A stretch of DNA of 63,633 nucleotides, counting the filler, from Choristocarpus tenellus KU-1152 (Eukaryota; Protista; Phaeophyceae), in NCBI GenBank assembly GCA_964200185.2. It is 11 parts of 11 records of this genome, joined end to end, with 100 filler letters (N's around TTAATTAATTAA, not from the genome) between each part and the next. Parts side by side here need not be neighbours in the genome. Positions count along the whole stretch, not along the records: positions 38,625 to 52,656 come from CAXNAD020001296.1; positions 52,757 to 58,263 come from CAXNAD020010582.1; positions 58,364 to 63,633 come from CAXNAD020011301.1; 8 more parts are not named here. The stretch is one strand, 5' to 3'. A model generated the notes under the pieces. It was not told the DNA's origin. It ran no database searches and worked only from the letters and a program-made list of their open reading frames with translations. Numbering within the stretch: position 1 is the first letter of the stretch; each line of letters starts with the position of its first letter. Shown piece after piece: positions 51,990-63,633 of the stretch. The position numbers and the translations under genes were made by a program.

Positions 51990-52212
51990 CAAGGCGGTTT
52001 AAGAGGGTAGGGACTCGTCCGTTCCGGGGTCATAAATTCAGTGTTGCGATTTTGATTCATTTTGGGTATCGTGTTTTGTTAGCAAGTGTCAGTATCCTTG
52101 TTCCGGACAAACCTTTCATGGTCGTATACATTTTAGGTAACTGTGTTCACACAGAAAAGCCTTTTCACAACGTAAAAACCCCGTGGGAAATATGAAACTC
52201 GTACCCTCTCGA
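51990..52212. mobile_element. Degenerate MITE family A
   Basis: The internal sequence is homologous to family A; the TIRs are eroded. Confidence 0.6.
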
Positions 52213-52562
52213 AAGCCTCGGGTTGTTACATGAGAACAGCCGAACCAGACTTGAAGTTCTTCCACTAGACCTCCAGGACTTGTAGAAGAGGGAGGCAGTG
52301 CTCACGTATGGTTACAGGATGTTGTGCAAAGGCCATCATAAAGTCGACTGCCTCAGTACCTGCTGTTGCACTCTGGCGATGTCAACCAGCCCTAAATACT
52401 ACCTGACATAGCTCCCATCCTGGGGTAATTGTCGCAATCATGGACCCGTGCTACTCCACAAAATGGCCATCACTAGCCCCCCTTGGCCGTTGACTTCACT
52501 GTCACCATCATGGCGACATTGCCCATCGTCACCTTATACATTTCCCCTACTGTTCTTGGTCT

Positions 52563-52612
<50 letters not shown>

Positions 52613-52756
52613 ACCACCCCCACACCCACACCCCACCCAACAACCCCACCAACAACNNNNNNNNNNNNNNNNNNNNNNNNNNNNNNNNNNNNNNNNNNNN
52701 TTAATTAATTAANNNNNNNNNNNNNNNNNNNNNNNNNNNNNNNNNNNNNNNNNNNN

Positions 52757-53900
52757 TGTACGGTGTATATTTTCATCAACATTTGGATGATCCTCACTCT
52801 TGTCCAAAGTCTTTGAGAGATCATGGAGTACTGCCCTTTTCTTTGCCTGATCCATACCAAATCTTTGACAAATACTCTTAATGCACCTAGTCTGACTGAT
52901 AGTGACAGTCTGTGCAATTCTGTCACGTGAAATATCACAACCCATATAATAAAGGATTACTTACTATTTTTCTCTTCGTCTCACCCTCTATCTCTCAAAG
53001 ACCCAATACTTTACACATCATTCATTTTGTTTTCCAACTTGATCCAACATTTCAACTGGAGAGGCTGGCTCATACAGGTGGTAGAGTGATGGTAGAAGAC
53101 GTGTAAGATCCACCCCCCTAGGACAACAAGTATTGTCACCATGGAGAAAGGCTTGGGAGGCTACTTCTTCAAAATCTCAAGTTAAAAAATGTGGCCCACA
53201 TCTTGATGTTACTAGTGCTCCTGATGTTGTTCTTAATTTCGACAGGGCCATCATTGGTACTCAAGTTCTTATGAGGATTGAGTGGTATGATTTATTTGTG
53301 GTGCTGCTTCAGTGGTAGCGGGGATGAGTTGCGCGCATCTGGGAAGAAGGGGTACACTGATGAGCCAGGGAGTGGTATGTCAAACAGTGGCTGGGATATC
53401 ACAAAGAATGAGGGAGATATGTTCTTTGTAACTACAGTATTACACCTACTGCTCGTTGATAATGTCACGTGTACCTTTGGGCTTCTTCTAAACTCTTGCC
53501 ATGAGTATATGGTAGTATATATGGTCAGGAGGACAATGTAGTCTCAAGACGTGGAATATCAAATTTGGGTGTGGTCGACCGTGATCCTATATCAATTGGT
53601 GGTAGTGCTGAGAACGGAAGAAGGATGTTTAGGTTGTCCAATCGTTTTGGAGAGAGTCCAACATGGAGCAATATGATGTAGTTAGACACTACATGCTGAT
53701 GGTGGTGTTAAAGGGCCCATTGTATTCAAATTAAAAAAATATTGTTGGAGAAGGGAGTGCAAGAAGTTGACATATTTTGTCAAAGATGTGGATGCTATCA
53801 CACTACAAACATGACAAAACATAATTTAATAACCTCAACGACTTCTCTCTGTAACAGTTGTACCTCTTCCCTTGACATGAGGTAGGCCCCGAGAACCAGC
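52757..53900 (-). mobile_element. Ty1/Copia LTR retrotransposon pol remnant
   Basis: GCDISRDRIAQTVTISQTRCIKSICQRFGMDQAK matches the Copia RT motif LGxxIxRDRxxxxIxLSQxxYIxxILxRFGM. The upstream part is heavily decayed and the right boundary is approximate. Confidence 0.7.
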
Positions 53901-53962
53901 CCAACACTCAATGCAATCGTTGCAGAACATACAACCTAGCCTCCTATTTAGTACCAAGTTCA

Positions 53963-54223
53963 GAGTCAAAGTATCTTAGAGGGTAGATCCGCGTCCATTT
54001 GGGGACCAAAATCCAATGTTGTGATTTTGATGTAATTTTGACTATCGTGTTTGTTAGGAAGTGTCAATATCCATGTTCTGGACACACCTTTTCATAAAGT
54101 ATACATTTTACCTACTCCGAAACATATTTTGGAGTAGGAAAATGTCATTAAAAAAATCATGGGAAGCGAAGCCCCAATTGGATAAACAGGGCAAATCTCG
54201 TTCCCTCTAAGACACTTTCACTC
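53963..54223. mobile_element. MITE family A
   Basis: Full copy with flanks TCA/TCA; nearly identical to 54794-55053. Confidence 0.88.
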
Positions 54224-54793
54224 TCATACAAATAGTAAGAGTACACACACAACACTCTATTTACATTAACATTTTTGGCTCATATATTCCAGATAAAATA
54301 TAACATCAAGCTCTAACAACCGCTTTGTTAATCATTTTTCTGTAGAAGGTTGTGGGTAAACTTTCATAGAATTGTACAAATTCTTCAACATGTAATGAAG
54401 GCATTAAGAAACCGTTTCAAATTATGCCGTTGTACACAAAGGTCTATTAAATGCGGTGGGAGAGCGTTGAGACATATTTGTAATAATGTGTAAAATGTCT
54501 CCAAAAACACGGTATGAAGTGGTAAAGTCGTCTGTGAAGGCACCCTCAAAACATGGAGGTATTAAAATGATTTCCAAAAACATCCCCCGAACGTCTTCGT
54601 AGGTCCTACAATCATCCCTAATAACATCCCCAAATGGATCGCCCAAAACATGATACAAAACGATAAATCATCCCCCAAAGCACTATGAAACGTTGTGGAT
54701 AATGTCCTCAAAACAAACTCAAAAGCGTATCAAAATGGTTTCACAATGACGTCAAAATAGCTCCGAAAATGCTTCGAAAATGAGGTGAGAAAT

Positions 54794-55053
54794 GAGCCAA
54801 AGTATCTTAGAGGGTAGAGCCGCGTCCATTTGGGGATCAAAATACAATGTTGTGATTTTGATGTAATTTTGGCTATCATGTTTGTTAGGTAGTGTCAATA
54901 TCCATGTTCTGGACACACCTTTTCATAATGTATACATTTTACTTACTCCGAAACATATTTTGGAGTAGGAAAATGTCATTAAAAAAACCATGGGAAGCCA
55001 AGCCCCAATTGGATAAACAGGGCAAATCTTGTACCCTCTAAGATGCTTTCACT
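54794..55053. mobile_element. MITE family A
   Basis: Full copy lacking the terminal C; flanks AAAT/AAAT. Confidence 0.88.
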
Positions 55054-55424
55054 AAATATTTGAGTTGGGGTTCCCCAGCCTGTGGTTCCTCCTGAAAAAG
55101 GGGCTGCTCCCCTGCATACTGCAATCCTGAGTAGAGGATTTGATACTTTGTCCTGGAAGGTTAGACACGTCAGACAAATGAAATACGATTTGTAGCATAC
55201 TAATCAACTGCCAACAAATCAAAAAGCTGTTCCTGTCATAATCTGAGTTATGCGTGTTGGTTCACATCCTTGCAAATCAAGGATTTAGGAGTTGACTTTT
55301 TAATTAGTGGGATCTCAATCGACTGTACCAATTCGTTTTGCTTTGCTCACGAATTCTGGATTATTATGCATTTTCTTTTATTCTCATTCCACCCATTCTA
55401 CCCCCCCCCCATTGTAACACCACT

Positions 55425-55875
55425 TGTGACCAACCAGTGCGGCCCCTCTATAACTGACTTCCAGCCACCAGCCTATCCCGTGACCAACCAGTGCAAACCC
55501 CCTTCGCCACTGATTTTCAGTCACCAACCACATCGATGACCAACCAGTACGACCCCTTCACCACTGATTTCAGGTCACCACCAATTTCTACTCCACCCCC
55601 CATTCAACGCCCCAACACTTTCCACCACTTACCGCTGTACCGCACCCTTCAGCACCACTCAACCCCACTTTTCACTCCACCGCACATTTCAACATCACTC
55701 AACACCGTAACACTTTCCACCACTTTCTGCTCCACCCCACCATTCAACACCATTCAACACCACTCAACACCACTCCACAATCTTCCAAGAGCACCCCTTC
55801 ATCACCCACTTCAATACTGTACCTTTGAACTAGAAGACATCCACCCTGCCCGAACTTGACCCTTCCCCCCCTGTT
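55425..55875. repeat. Dispersed repeat F with an internal ~55-bp tandem (3 copies)
   Basis: RTGACCAACCAGTRC..CTGAYTT occurs three times (55426-55585). The 3' part CCTTTGAACTAGAARACATCYACCC..AACTTGACCC is shared with 26460-26690. Confidence 0.65.
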
Positions 55876-56599
55876 CCCCAGTATCCCAGTTGGTCGTGAA
55901 CAATCGAAAGGGTGGGTGGTTGGGAGCTATTACTCGGAGGTTGCCTTGTTCTAGTTCTGCTTGTCCTGTCCCACCAACCTCAAGTTTTCCCTATGCTCTG
56001 ATCCATCCCTTCCTACCTCATGCTTCCACATACCACCCATTTCCTTTAGCTTCTCTTCAACCTGTTTTGCCTCCTAAACACCCAGTACTTAACTCTTCGT
56101 CCACCCTCTCAATATTTCCAATTTACCGTTATCAGCACTCTGTTCCCCATATGCCATTCCCCCCGGAATTCCCCCCCCCAAAAAACTCAGATTACTCCTT
56201 AAACTTCCCCACCTGTGAGAGAGGTGTGACCCGAATCTTCCAACATCAAAATATGTGAACAAATCAAAACGGTAATATATTTGTAAGGTTTTGTTCACAA
56301 CAAGAACGAATCGTTGTGGAGGAATTCAAATCGATGTATTTGTGCGAAGGAACCTTTCAGACAACTATTATTTATACATATTTTTGATAACACAAATATT
56401 TGTGTACGTTTCCTGGAGGAAGATTTGTACTAATATTTATATATTTATTTGTATATGTTTTAAAGAGAGGAGTGGTGATACCCATATGCAAAATGCGACC
56501 ACCTTACCACCAAACACACCAAAAAATAAACGGGGTCTAAAAAACACTTTATGTTTTGGGAACCTTACACTACAATAGTGACTTTAAAGTGCAGGAATA

Positions 56600-56863
56600 A
56601 GCATGTGAATAGTTTTCATTGTTTTTTTCCCTGACAAATCTCCAAAATGTCAGAGGGCATAATAATATGAATAGCTAGGTTGGAGGAATAGGAAGGTAGT
56701 GGGTACATACAGGATAGCTGGTGGTAGTAAAATAGTAAATTGATCAATGTTTTTCACATTTTCGACAGCTGTTACATTTTTAGGGATTTTTCTGACATGT
56801 GAAAATGTTTTAATTGGTTTTTACACTGACTCATTTACAAAATGTTATAGGGTATAATAATAA
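56600..56863 (+). mobile_element. Two head-to-tail LINE 3' ends
   Basis: The first unit ends ATGTCAGAGGGCATAATAAT. A longer truncated copy (AGCTAGGTTGGAGG...) follows immediately and ends GGGTATAATAATAA. Confidence 0.75.
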
Positions 56864-57997
56864 AATGCCATGATATGATGTACCATAGGTTGGAAGTAAA
56901 ATAATAATAGTAGAGTGTTTGCGCAAAATGAAATACACTATCAGAAAGTCTGATCTATCACCACATGTTCTGGCGATATATTTAGTGTTTTTCATTACCA
57001 AATAGAGTGCGAAAATGAAATTCACTATCGAAAAATGTCTTATCACCCTGTGTTCTCCTTAGTACATAGTGTTTTTATAAATATACTGAATCTTACGAAA
57101 TCTCCCATTTCAAGTTCGAAACAATGAAAAGCGAAATACGGAACTTGTTCATTCCAAAAAGCAATGCATCAAACCCGTTCGAGCAGTCACATCCGTTCAA
57201 CTGCTGTCTTTCGATCCCCACTTGCGTTAGCTACATACAGGGCGAACGATAGAAGTCGACACCATTCGGGTAAAGACCTACCTCCATCGCTCAATCCACT
57301 GAGGAATGTCCACAGAAGGGTCGAAATAGACGGAAGCTAACATGGGCTACGGCAAACTGCTCTTTTTCGTCACAGGGCGCCCACTAACCATGGTAAAGAC
57401 TGCTTGAATTTGCCCGTCACCGACGGGTAGCGTTTTTGACTTTTATATTTTTCCTTTTTGATAGTAAATTTCATTTTGGGTGTCCTGATTTTCGTAGTGG
57501 ATTTTCTTGTGGTTGGAGAAAACACCATAATGAATTTCGTTGTGGACAAACACTTTAGAAAATAATAGAAAAAAGTCTTCCTCATTTACAACAGGTGTTA
57601 CTTTTTCATGGGATATTCTGGTATTTATTTGACTTTCCATCGGTTTTGTGTATGAAACTTTTACAAAATATGAGAGGTGATAATAATAGTATATTATAAT
57701 ATACAATGTCGTCTTCAACGTTCATTACAAAGTAGTGTTTTAAGTAATATAATCACCAGAATATTTTTATCATTCAACCAATGAGTTAACAATATTAGAA
57801 CCCTGAACCGTCACCTGTACGATCATAAGAATATTCTCAGAGTATTATTTCTACATTACCATCCACAAATACTAAATATATTATTTTTCTTAACATGTGA
57901 CTGAAAATATCCAAGGGAAGAAGAGTTGAGGCAATAATCCATTCGACCACATGCCACATACTCCTAATAATCGTTGACCTCAACTCTTTTACTATTA

Positions 57998-58263
57998 TAT
58001 TTATATGCCCTCTGACATTTTGCAGATGTGTCAGGGGGGAAACCAATGAAAACTATACATACGTCGTTATTAGCCCTAAAGAAACAAAATATCCTGAACG
58101 TGAGAACACTATAGAACACTGTGTGGAAACCCTAATCAGTTACTTCACCACCATCAAATATTGTACTACTGTCTTCCTGTGCCTACTCCTGTGCCCTCGG
58201 GGGGGGGAGTTAGGGAGGCATCCCAAGAATCCAACAGACCCCTCCGTGCCCATCTCCCTGGTG
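57998..58263 (-). mobile_element. 5'-truncated REL LINE 3' end
   Basis: The reverse complement matches 25878-26175, including the hairpin. Confidence 0.75.
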
Positions 58264-58983
58264 NNNNNNNNNNNNNNNNNNNNNNNNNNNNNNNNNNNNN
58301 NNNNNNNTTAATTAATTAANNNNNNNNNNNNNNNNNNNNNNNNNNNNNNNNNNNNNNNNNNNNCTGCAAGGACCTAGTGATGCACCGCAACAGTCACGAT
58401 CACGTCACATAAATCTATTACGTCACATGGTCACCTTGTCTCAAACCATATGGTGGCTACCGTTTGTTTTTTTCTCTTTTGGAGCTATATCAACAAGCTA
58501 AATCAACAATCTTTATCAAAGCAGTGAGTTATTCTCCGTCACCTCCACCCAAGATAACATAAGTTATTACCTACTCCCCTCTGCAGTAATGTCAATTGAA
58601 GGTGTTTATCTCAATATGCAGATGCTCATAAAAATGAAGTCAGTCAAAAAAGAAAACACCCCAAAACACAACGAAGTCCTACACAGTGAGAGACAACAGA
58701 CATCCACCTCCAAAGGTCTCTTTGAGCAGAATGCAAACACATGAGAAACCAAACAATAAAAAGAAATGCCCCTCTCAATCTTCCATTTCAATCTATTCTA
58801 AGAATCCAAATTTCAAAATTAAATATAATCTCACAAATTCAATCACCACAATTGAAAAAACTCTGCCAATAAATATCACCAGGATAGCTGAGATCGTCTT
58901 TGGACTTCAGTTCAAGCAAGACAGGGACACCCCCACACACTAGAAGCTCTCAGTTTGCACGCCCCCGCCCCCCCCCAGCGCAC

Positions 58984-59939
58984 CTTGGTCAGTATCTCCT
59001 GGGCCTCCACATAATGCTCCTGCTTCTGACGTGTTTCTGCAATCCATGTCAAGCAAGCAACTGTTTCAAAGTGCTCCTCCCCATGCTTCTTGTTCAATAT
59101 GTCCAGACTACGCTCCAGCATGGGCAATGCATCCTGGTACTTGCCCTGACAAAGGGGGATAGGGGGGGGAAAAGTAGGTGACAAAAAAATACAAAATATT
59201 AAAAATATTATTAAACATTTTATTGTGATTCAATTCTTTTTCGATATTTGTAACGATTCTTGACTGCAAGTGTGAATACAACAGAAAAAATGGAACATTG
59301 AAAGAACCAAATATTTTTCTTTACAAATACAGAAAAAGGACATGTTTGATGAACACGTTGATAGACTGCATTCTTCACCATCAAAAGAAGAAAACCAAAA
59401 AGTAGATTTTGTTTCTCTTACCAGATCAAAGAAGATATAGGCGGGTGATGCAAGTGGTAAGGGTTGAACGAATTAACCTCATCCCCCGCCCCCTGCAACG
59501 TCCTCATATTACACCACTTAAATCCTGTGTATGCTACAATATACTCATAGAACATACACACTCATCACCCTAGCCTAACACCCCCCCCCGCTCATCAACA
59601 CACTCTTTTTACTCTTCACGATGATCTTTTTACTCTTTTTTTGACTAACCCAAACAATAAAAATATGCAGCAGACGAGACAAATGCACCACACTTGCACA
59701 AAGAGGGTAGGCTGGCAAGAAAAGATACAGCAACATCATATCATATCAAATCATATCACATCACAATGAAAATTCAAATGCTTAAGAGAGACTTATTATG
59801 AAGGTACAAGTGTACTGTTGTACTGTACCTTTTGGTTGTAGAGCACTGCCAAGTTGTTAAGCGACTCTGCAACATCCACGTGCTCCTTACCCAAAACCTT
59901 CTTCCTCAAAGAGAGCACCTTCCTCAGCACTGGCTCCGC
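58984..59939 (-). CDS. TPR-repeat protein (TPR_12 / kinesin-light-chain-like repeats), two exons
   Basis: Phase-0 exons 59829-59939 (AEPVLRKVLSLRKKVLGKEHVDVAESLNNLAVLYNQK) and 58984-59145 (GKYQDALPMLERSLDILNKKHGEEHFETVACLTWIAETRQKQEHYVEAQEILTK). Confidence 0.88.
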
Positions 59940-60796
59940 CTGTCAGAGGACAGACAGTTTAGACCCGGCATGTTGCAGAAAGGATTAATTCACCTTGAGA
60001 TTCCCGAGTGTTCTTCGTTGAGAAAACGACGCTGATAACCTATTGCGGAGATAAATATAGCACAAGTCCGTACTTTCTATCATCATCGTTCCCCTTCACC
60101 AAGACCTACAGAAGTATTGTAGTAGTAGATCTAAGTTAAATCATTCGATCTAAAACGTACTTTTTTGGTATGTAATGGTCGAGAAACGGTCATTTGTTTT
60201 TAGTAATTGGGTACAATTTTTTGTATTGGATATTGATTGAATTTATTCACTTTCGAATTTTAGTCTGTGATCATTAGACACGATTAGATTGAATCTAGGT
60301 ACACCCCCAGGAGACAAGCAATGGTAAGCATGACCTCGTGACATAGTAGTGACTAGACTTGTCGGGTAAGCTTACTATCCGTGAGTTGAAAGAGTATCGT
60401 TATCTCGAAGAACATCACGTCTAAATGAGTTCTTTCCACAATATTTGGAAGATTACAATATTACCGACCAAGTCAACTCTGCTTCCATCCATGCATAGGA
60501 ATGATCAATACTCCTTTTCTTGCTTCTAGTGATCATTGGCAATAGTTTTGTTGACAAGCTCACGCTGGTGCGGTGAAGGTAGGGCCTTTGTTCATCACTT
60601 TTGCAACTTGCAAATGATCGCAATGATCCGTCTTGAGTGAGAAGATGGGGACACGTTGAACCATCGGTGTCTTGACCTTGTCGTCTCTCACTACTCGTAT
60701 GGTCGATGTGCGTACCCAGGAACTAGGGAGGTGTGCTTTAAGGGGAAATTGATATTGGATAGCCCTACTGATATATATTCCCTATAGCATTATCAG

Positions 60797-61924
60797 TTGC
60801 GAGAGCCCCGATCACTTGGAGGGTTTGGGGGAAGGACGGCACTGCCGAAGTTGGCGAAGACAGCAAGAGGAATCCTGAAACATGCCAAGGTTTCCTTTCG
60901 CCAAGCCGCTGCCCGAGGGAACGGAGCTTGTGGCAGGAGATGACACGTGAGAAGGGGTCCCAAAAAGCAACAATGAAGGATATGCTTCAGTATTGCTTTT
61001 CCATCCTGTTCGGGGCTTAACATGATGAAATAGTTGCGTTTGGGTCTTGAAGATCGAAAGCGTTGCTGATATGCTCGCCCCAAGGTTACAGCTTTTCTTT
61101 CTTTCTCCAATATTCTGGTGCATACCTTATTGCTCTCTTGCAAGGCATTGGGGGAGGTCACATTATTCAGACTTGGGTACTTGGTAGCCGACCAGTGTGG
61201 GTTGCTTTCTCGCCCCTTTTGCTAAGTATGAGACGTACTAGGTCATGTCATCAAGATCAGCCGAAGGTACGGTGTATTATTCCATTTCTTTGATATCTAG
61301 TTCCTCGACGATCAACACTCAATCGTGATACCCTCGATTAGAAGTTGTGAGTTGCCTTCGCTTGTGACTTGTAGTTTCTTCGTCTGAGAGGGGCCGACAT
61401 GTTTCTTAGCTCAAATATGAATTTGGACTGCATAGGGCTGATCCTCGGCAAGCATGGTGCATTGTTGAAGTATGACTTGGTCAAAGGTGCTTTGTGAATG
61501 GGGTGTAGTTGAAGCACCTATGAAATGATTTTTATCTACGACCCTTGTCATCGCTCAATGCTACACGATCTAGATTTATGGAAACAATGAGAGAGCGCCT
61601 GTGTGCAATGGCTTGTGAGATGCAACATATTTTATCCCTACTGGCAAGATGTGGATGTATTTTTTGTCAGTGACGTATACCCACAATAGCCTAGTTTTGA
61701 CTATAAAGATATTTTGGTCTCATTTTACAACAACAGCCAGGTTTGTGGTCAAAAACACTAACAAAGTTTGTCCTGGCACAACTGGGGAAAGTATTGAGGG
61801 TGGGATGTCTGAAGCTGATGAAAAGTATCATTTGATTGTGGCATTGGTTCTGCAGGGGATGAAGGACAGAAGTGTTCTAAGCATTGGATCTTCAAACATC
61901 TGTCCAGAAGTAGCACTGAACATG
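60797..61924 (+). CDS. Possible exons of an unknown gene
   Basis: AG/GT-bounded open segments such as 60797-60889 (LREPRSLGGFGGRTALPKLAKTARGILKHAK) and ~61741-61924. No recognisable domain. Confidence 0.25.
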
Positions 61925-63633
61925 GTACCCCTATCCAAAATAAAAAACACTGATTTTTGTCTAGTTAGGCAAGGAGGCACACAAATTATCAATTCCCTTG
62001 AAGTAAAATCCGTGTAATTTCTGCCCAGGCCAGTGAGTAGGGGGGAAGGGGGAGGGGGGAGGTTCATCTAAAGCAAATACTGAGTTTGCTTGCAATGTAC
62101 ACGCTCCTGGAAGCCTGTGCATGGCAAGCTCTGGTTAACATTTTCTCACCCAAGAGATGTATTCAGACTTACCAATCCACACGCACCGTTTTTGATTGAG
62201 GATTCATTTATCGCTCAATATTGACCAGAAGCAGTCCTTTCCAACGTTTGTGAAGTGTCATTCCGTATGATCAGTCGAGCCGTACCACACTTCAGTGATA
62301 CCATAGCACTCAGAACGTTTGCCTGGAACTACTGTGGGATATCTTGACCAGTAAGGCCTTGCCCTTAGTGTGCACAAGATTGAAATCTCCATCAGCATGA
62401 TTTCAGGTTGCAGTAGGGGAGTTAAGAGTCCACCTTCTTCCACACATGCCACACCCCGTCTCCTTCACGTTTCTTCGCAACTGGTGAGGAGTTTGTTGCG
62501 GCCTCCCCATGAAGCGGCCCCGGTGAAGCTGTCAATAGAAGCACTTGGTACATACACACACTACTGGCTATTCGATACGCGCGTTACCCCTAGCCTCCCC
62601 ACATTTTTTTTTTTTAGCCTTGCGTTTGAACGCACCCACTGTCGATTCCCGGCAAGGGCTTGGTGTTCTCGTTTTTCCTGTCTCTCTTCCTGCGACTGGC
62701 CTCCTCCTCTTGAAGGACCAGGGATCCTGTTAGTAAGCGCTGATGAACTGCAGCTGATTGTTGTGGCAATTGTCACGTACATACGGAGTGAGTTAGTTCC
62801 TCCTCCTCCGCGTGTTCGTTCACCTTCCGGGTCATCTTTCCGCCTTGCCGTTTGTTTTTTTTTGCACTTCGTGTTGAAGTATTGAAGTATTGAAGTATTG
62901 AGATCCAACCCCTTACCCGTAAGAAGAAGGCAAACGCCAGTCAGTTGTGTGCCAGAGCCGAGCCGGCAGCCCAGGTGGTGGACCAGTGGGGCTACTCTCC
63001 CCGCTAGTGACGCCCCAATATATGTGGAAACCTGTGGATGTGGGTGCCTACCCGATGGATGTGTAGTGTAGAGCTCAGTTGTCCATTTTGGTAGTATCGC
63101 CAACACATCCCTTCGAATGTTCAAGTGCACATCACATCACACATTTAAGAAATAGAAACAGCGTTTTCTTTCAATGTATAGATCGATTGGCCTGTGGGTC
63201 ACTCTTATTTATCCTCTTTGTTTATCCAATATCCATGTTCACCGTCTGTTCATTGTCTGTTCATTGTCCCGTTAGTGCCGCATCACATCGCCGACGGTAC
63301 AATTTGCACAACGAAGGTGGGGTGATAGTGATCTCACAAGCGGGATATGGACACGGTGAATTCAGAACCTATAACATAACCCCCCTTTCCCCCCCACCAC
63401 AAAAGAAGATTTGTGTTACTGGAAGCGTAATGCACATAGACAGTTCTTTGATCTAGAGTTGTGGAGGCCACTGTACCCTGAATACCTCTCCTGAGGTAAG
63501 TCCATCTGTCCTCTCTCCTATGCCTCACCTGAACGAGATTCCCTGTGTCCTCGACAGCCCCCCCCCCCCCCCCCCTCACCGCCTACACACTCCACGCACA
63601 TCCCTGCTTCCCCTCACCAACATTATTGAAAAG

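Noticed and set aside
62370-63130. Overlapping 171- and 189-aa ORFs
   Set aside because: No domain signal and no consistent splice model; strand undetermined.

Overview
This is eukaryotic nuclear DNA, not prokaryotic. Eleven contigs are joined by artificial 100-nt linkers (44 N + TTAATTAATTAA + 44 N) at 8719, 11801, 18253, 23037, 28319, 32628, 35677, 38525, 52657 and 58264. Short GT-AG exons in long introns, interstitial TTAGGG repeats and the protein families suggest a stramenopile, probably a brown alga (inference). Spliced gene fragments I could rebuild by hand: EHD/RME-1 C-terminus, one histidyl-tRNA synthetase exon, a SulP/SLC26 STAS+cNMP transporter, a secreted EGF-repeat protein, an NSD-type PHD/C5HCH zinc-finger protein, a kelch protein, an unknown 4-exon C-terminus, a complete divergent cyclophilin, a myristoylated EF-hand (probable EML/HELP-WD40) protein and TPR exons. 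Much of the rest is mobile DNA: a full-length degenerate DD39D-type mariner plus two fragments, a Stowaway-like MITE, three MITE families sharing a GNNNNAAAGTA terminus with about 4-bp TSDs, a Copia remnant, MULE-like relics and a restriction-endonuclease-type (REL) LINE. The best candidate for an undescribed system is that LINE, whose hairpin+(AAT)n 3' ends are stacked head-to-tail in arrays, as if it inserts into its own tail. Telomeric hexamers are also written into transposon ends. No CRISPR array, rRNA or tRNA was seen. All calls come from manual reading; no searches were run.
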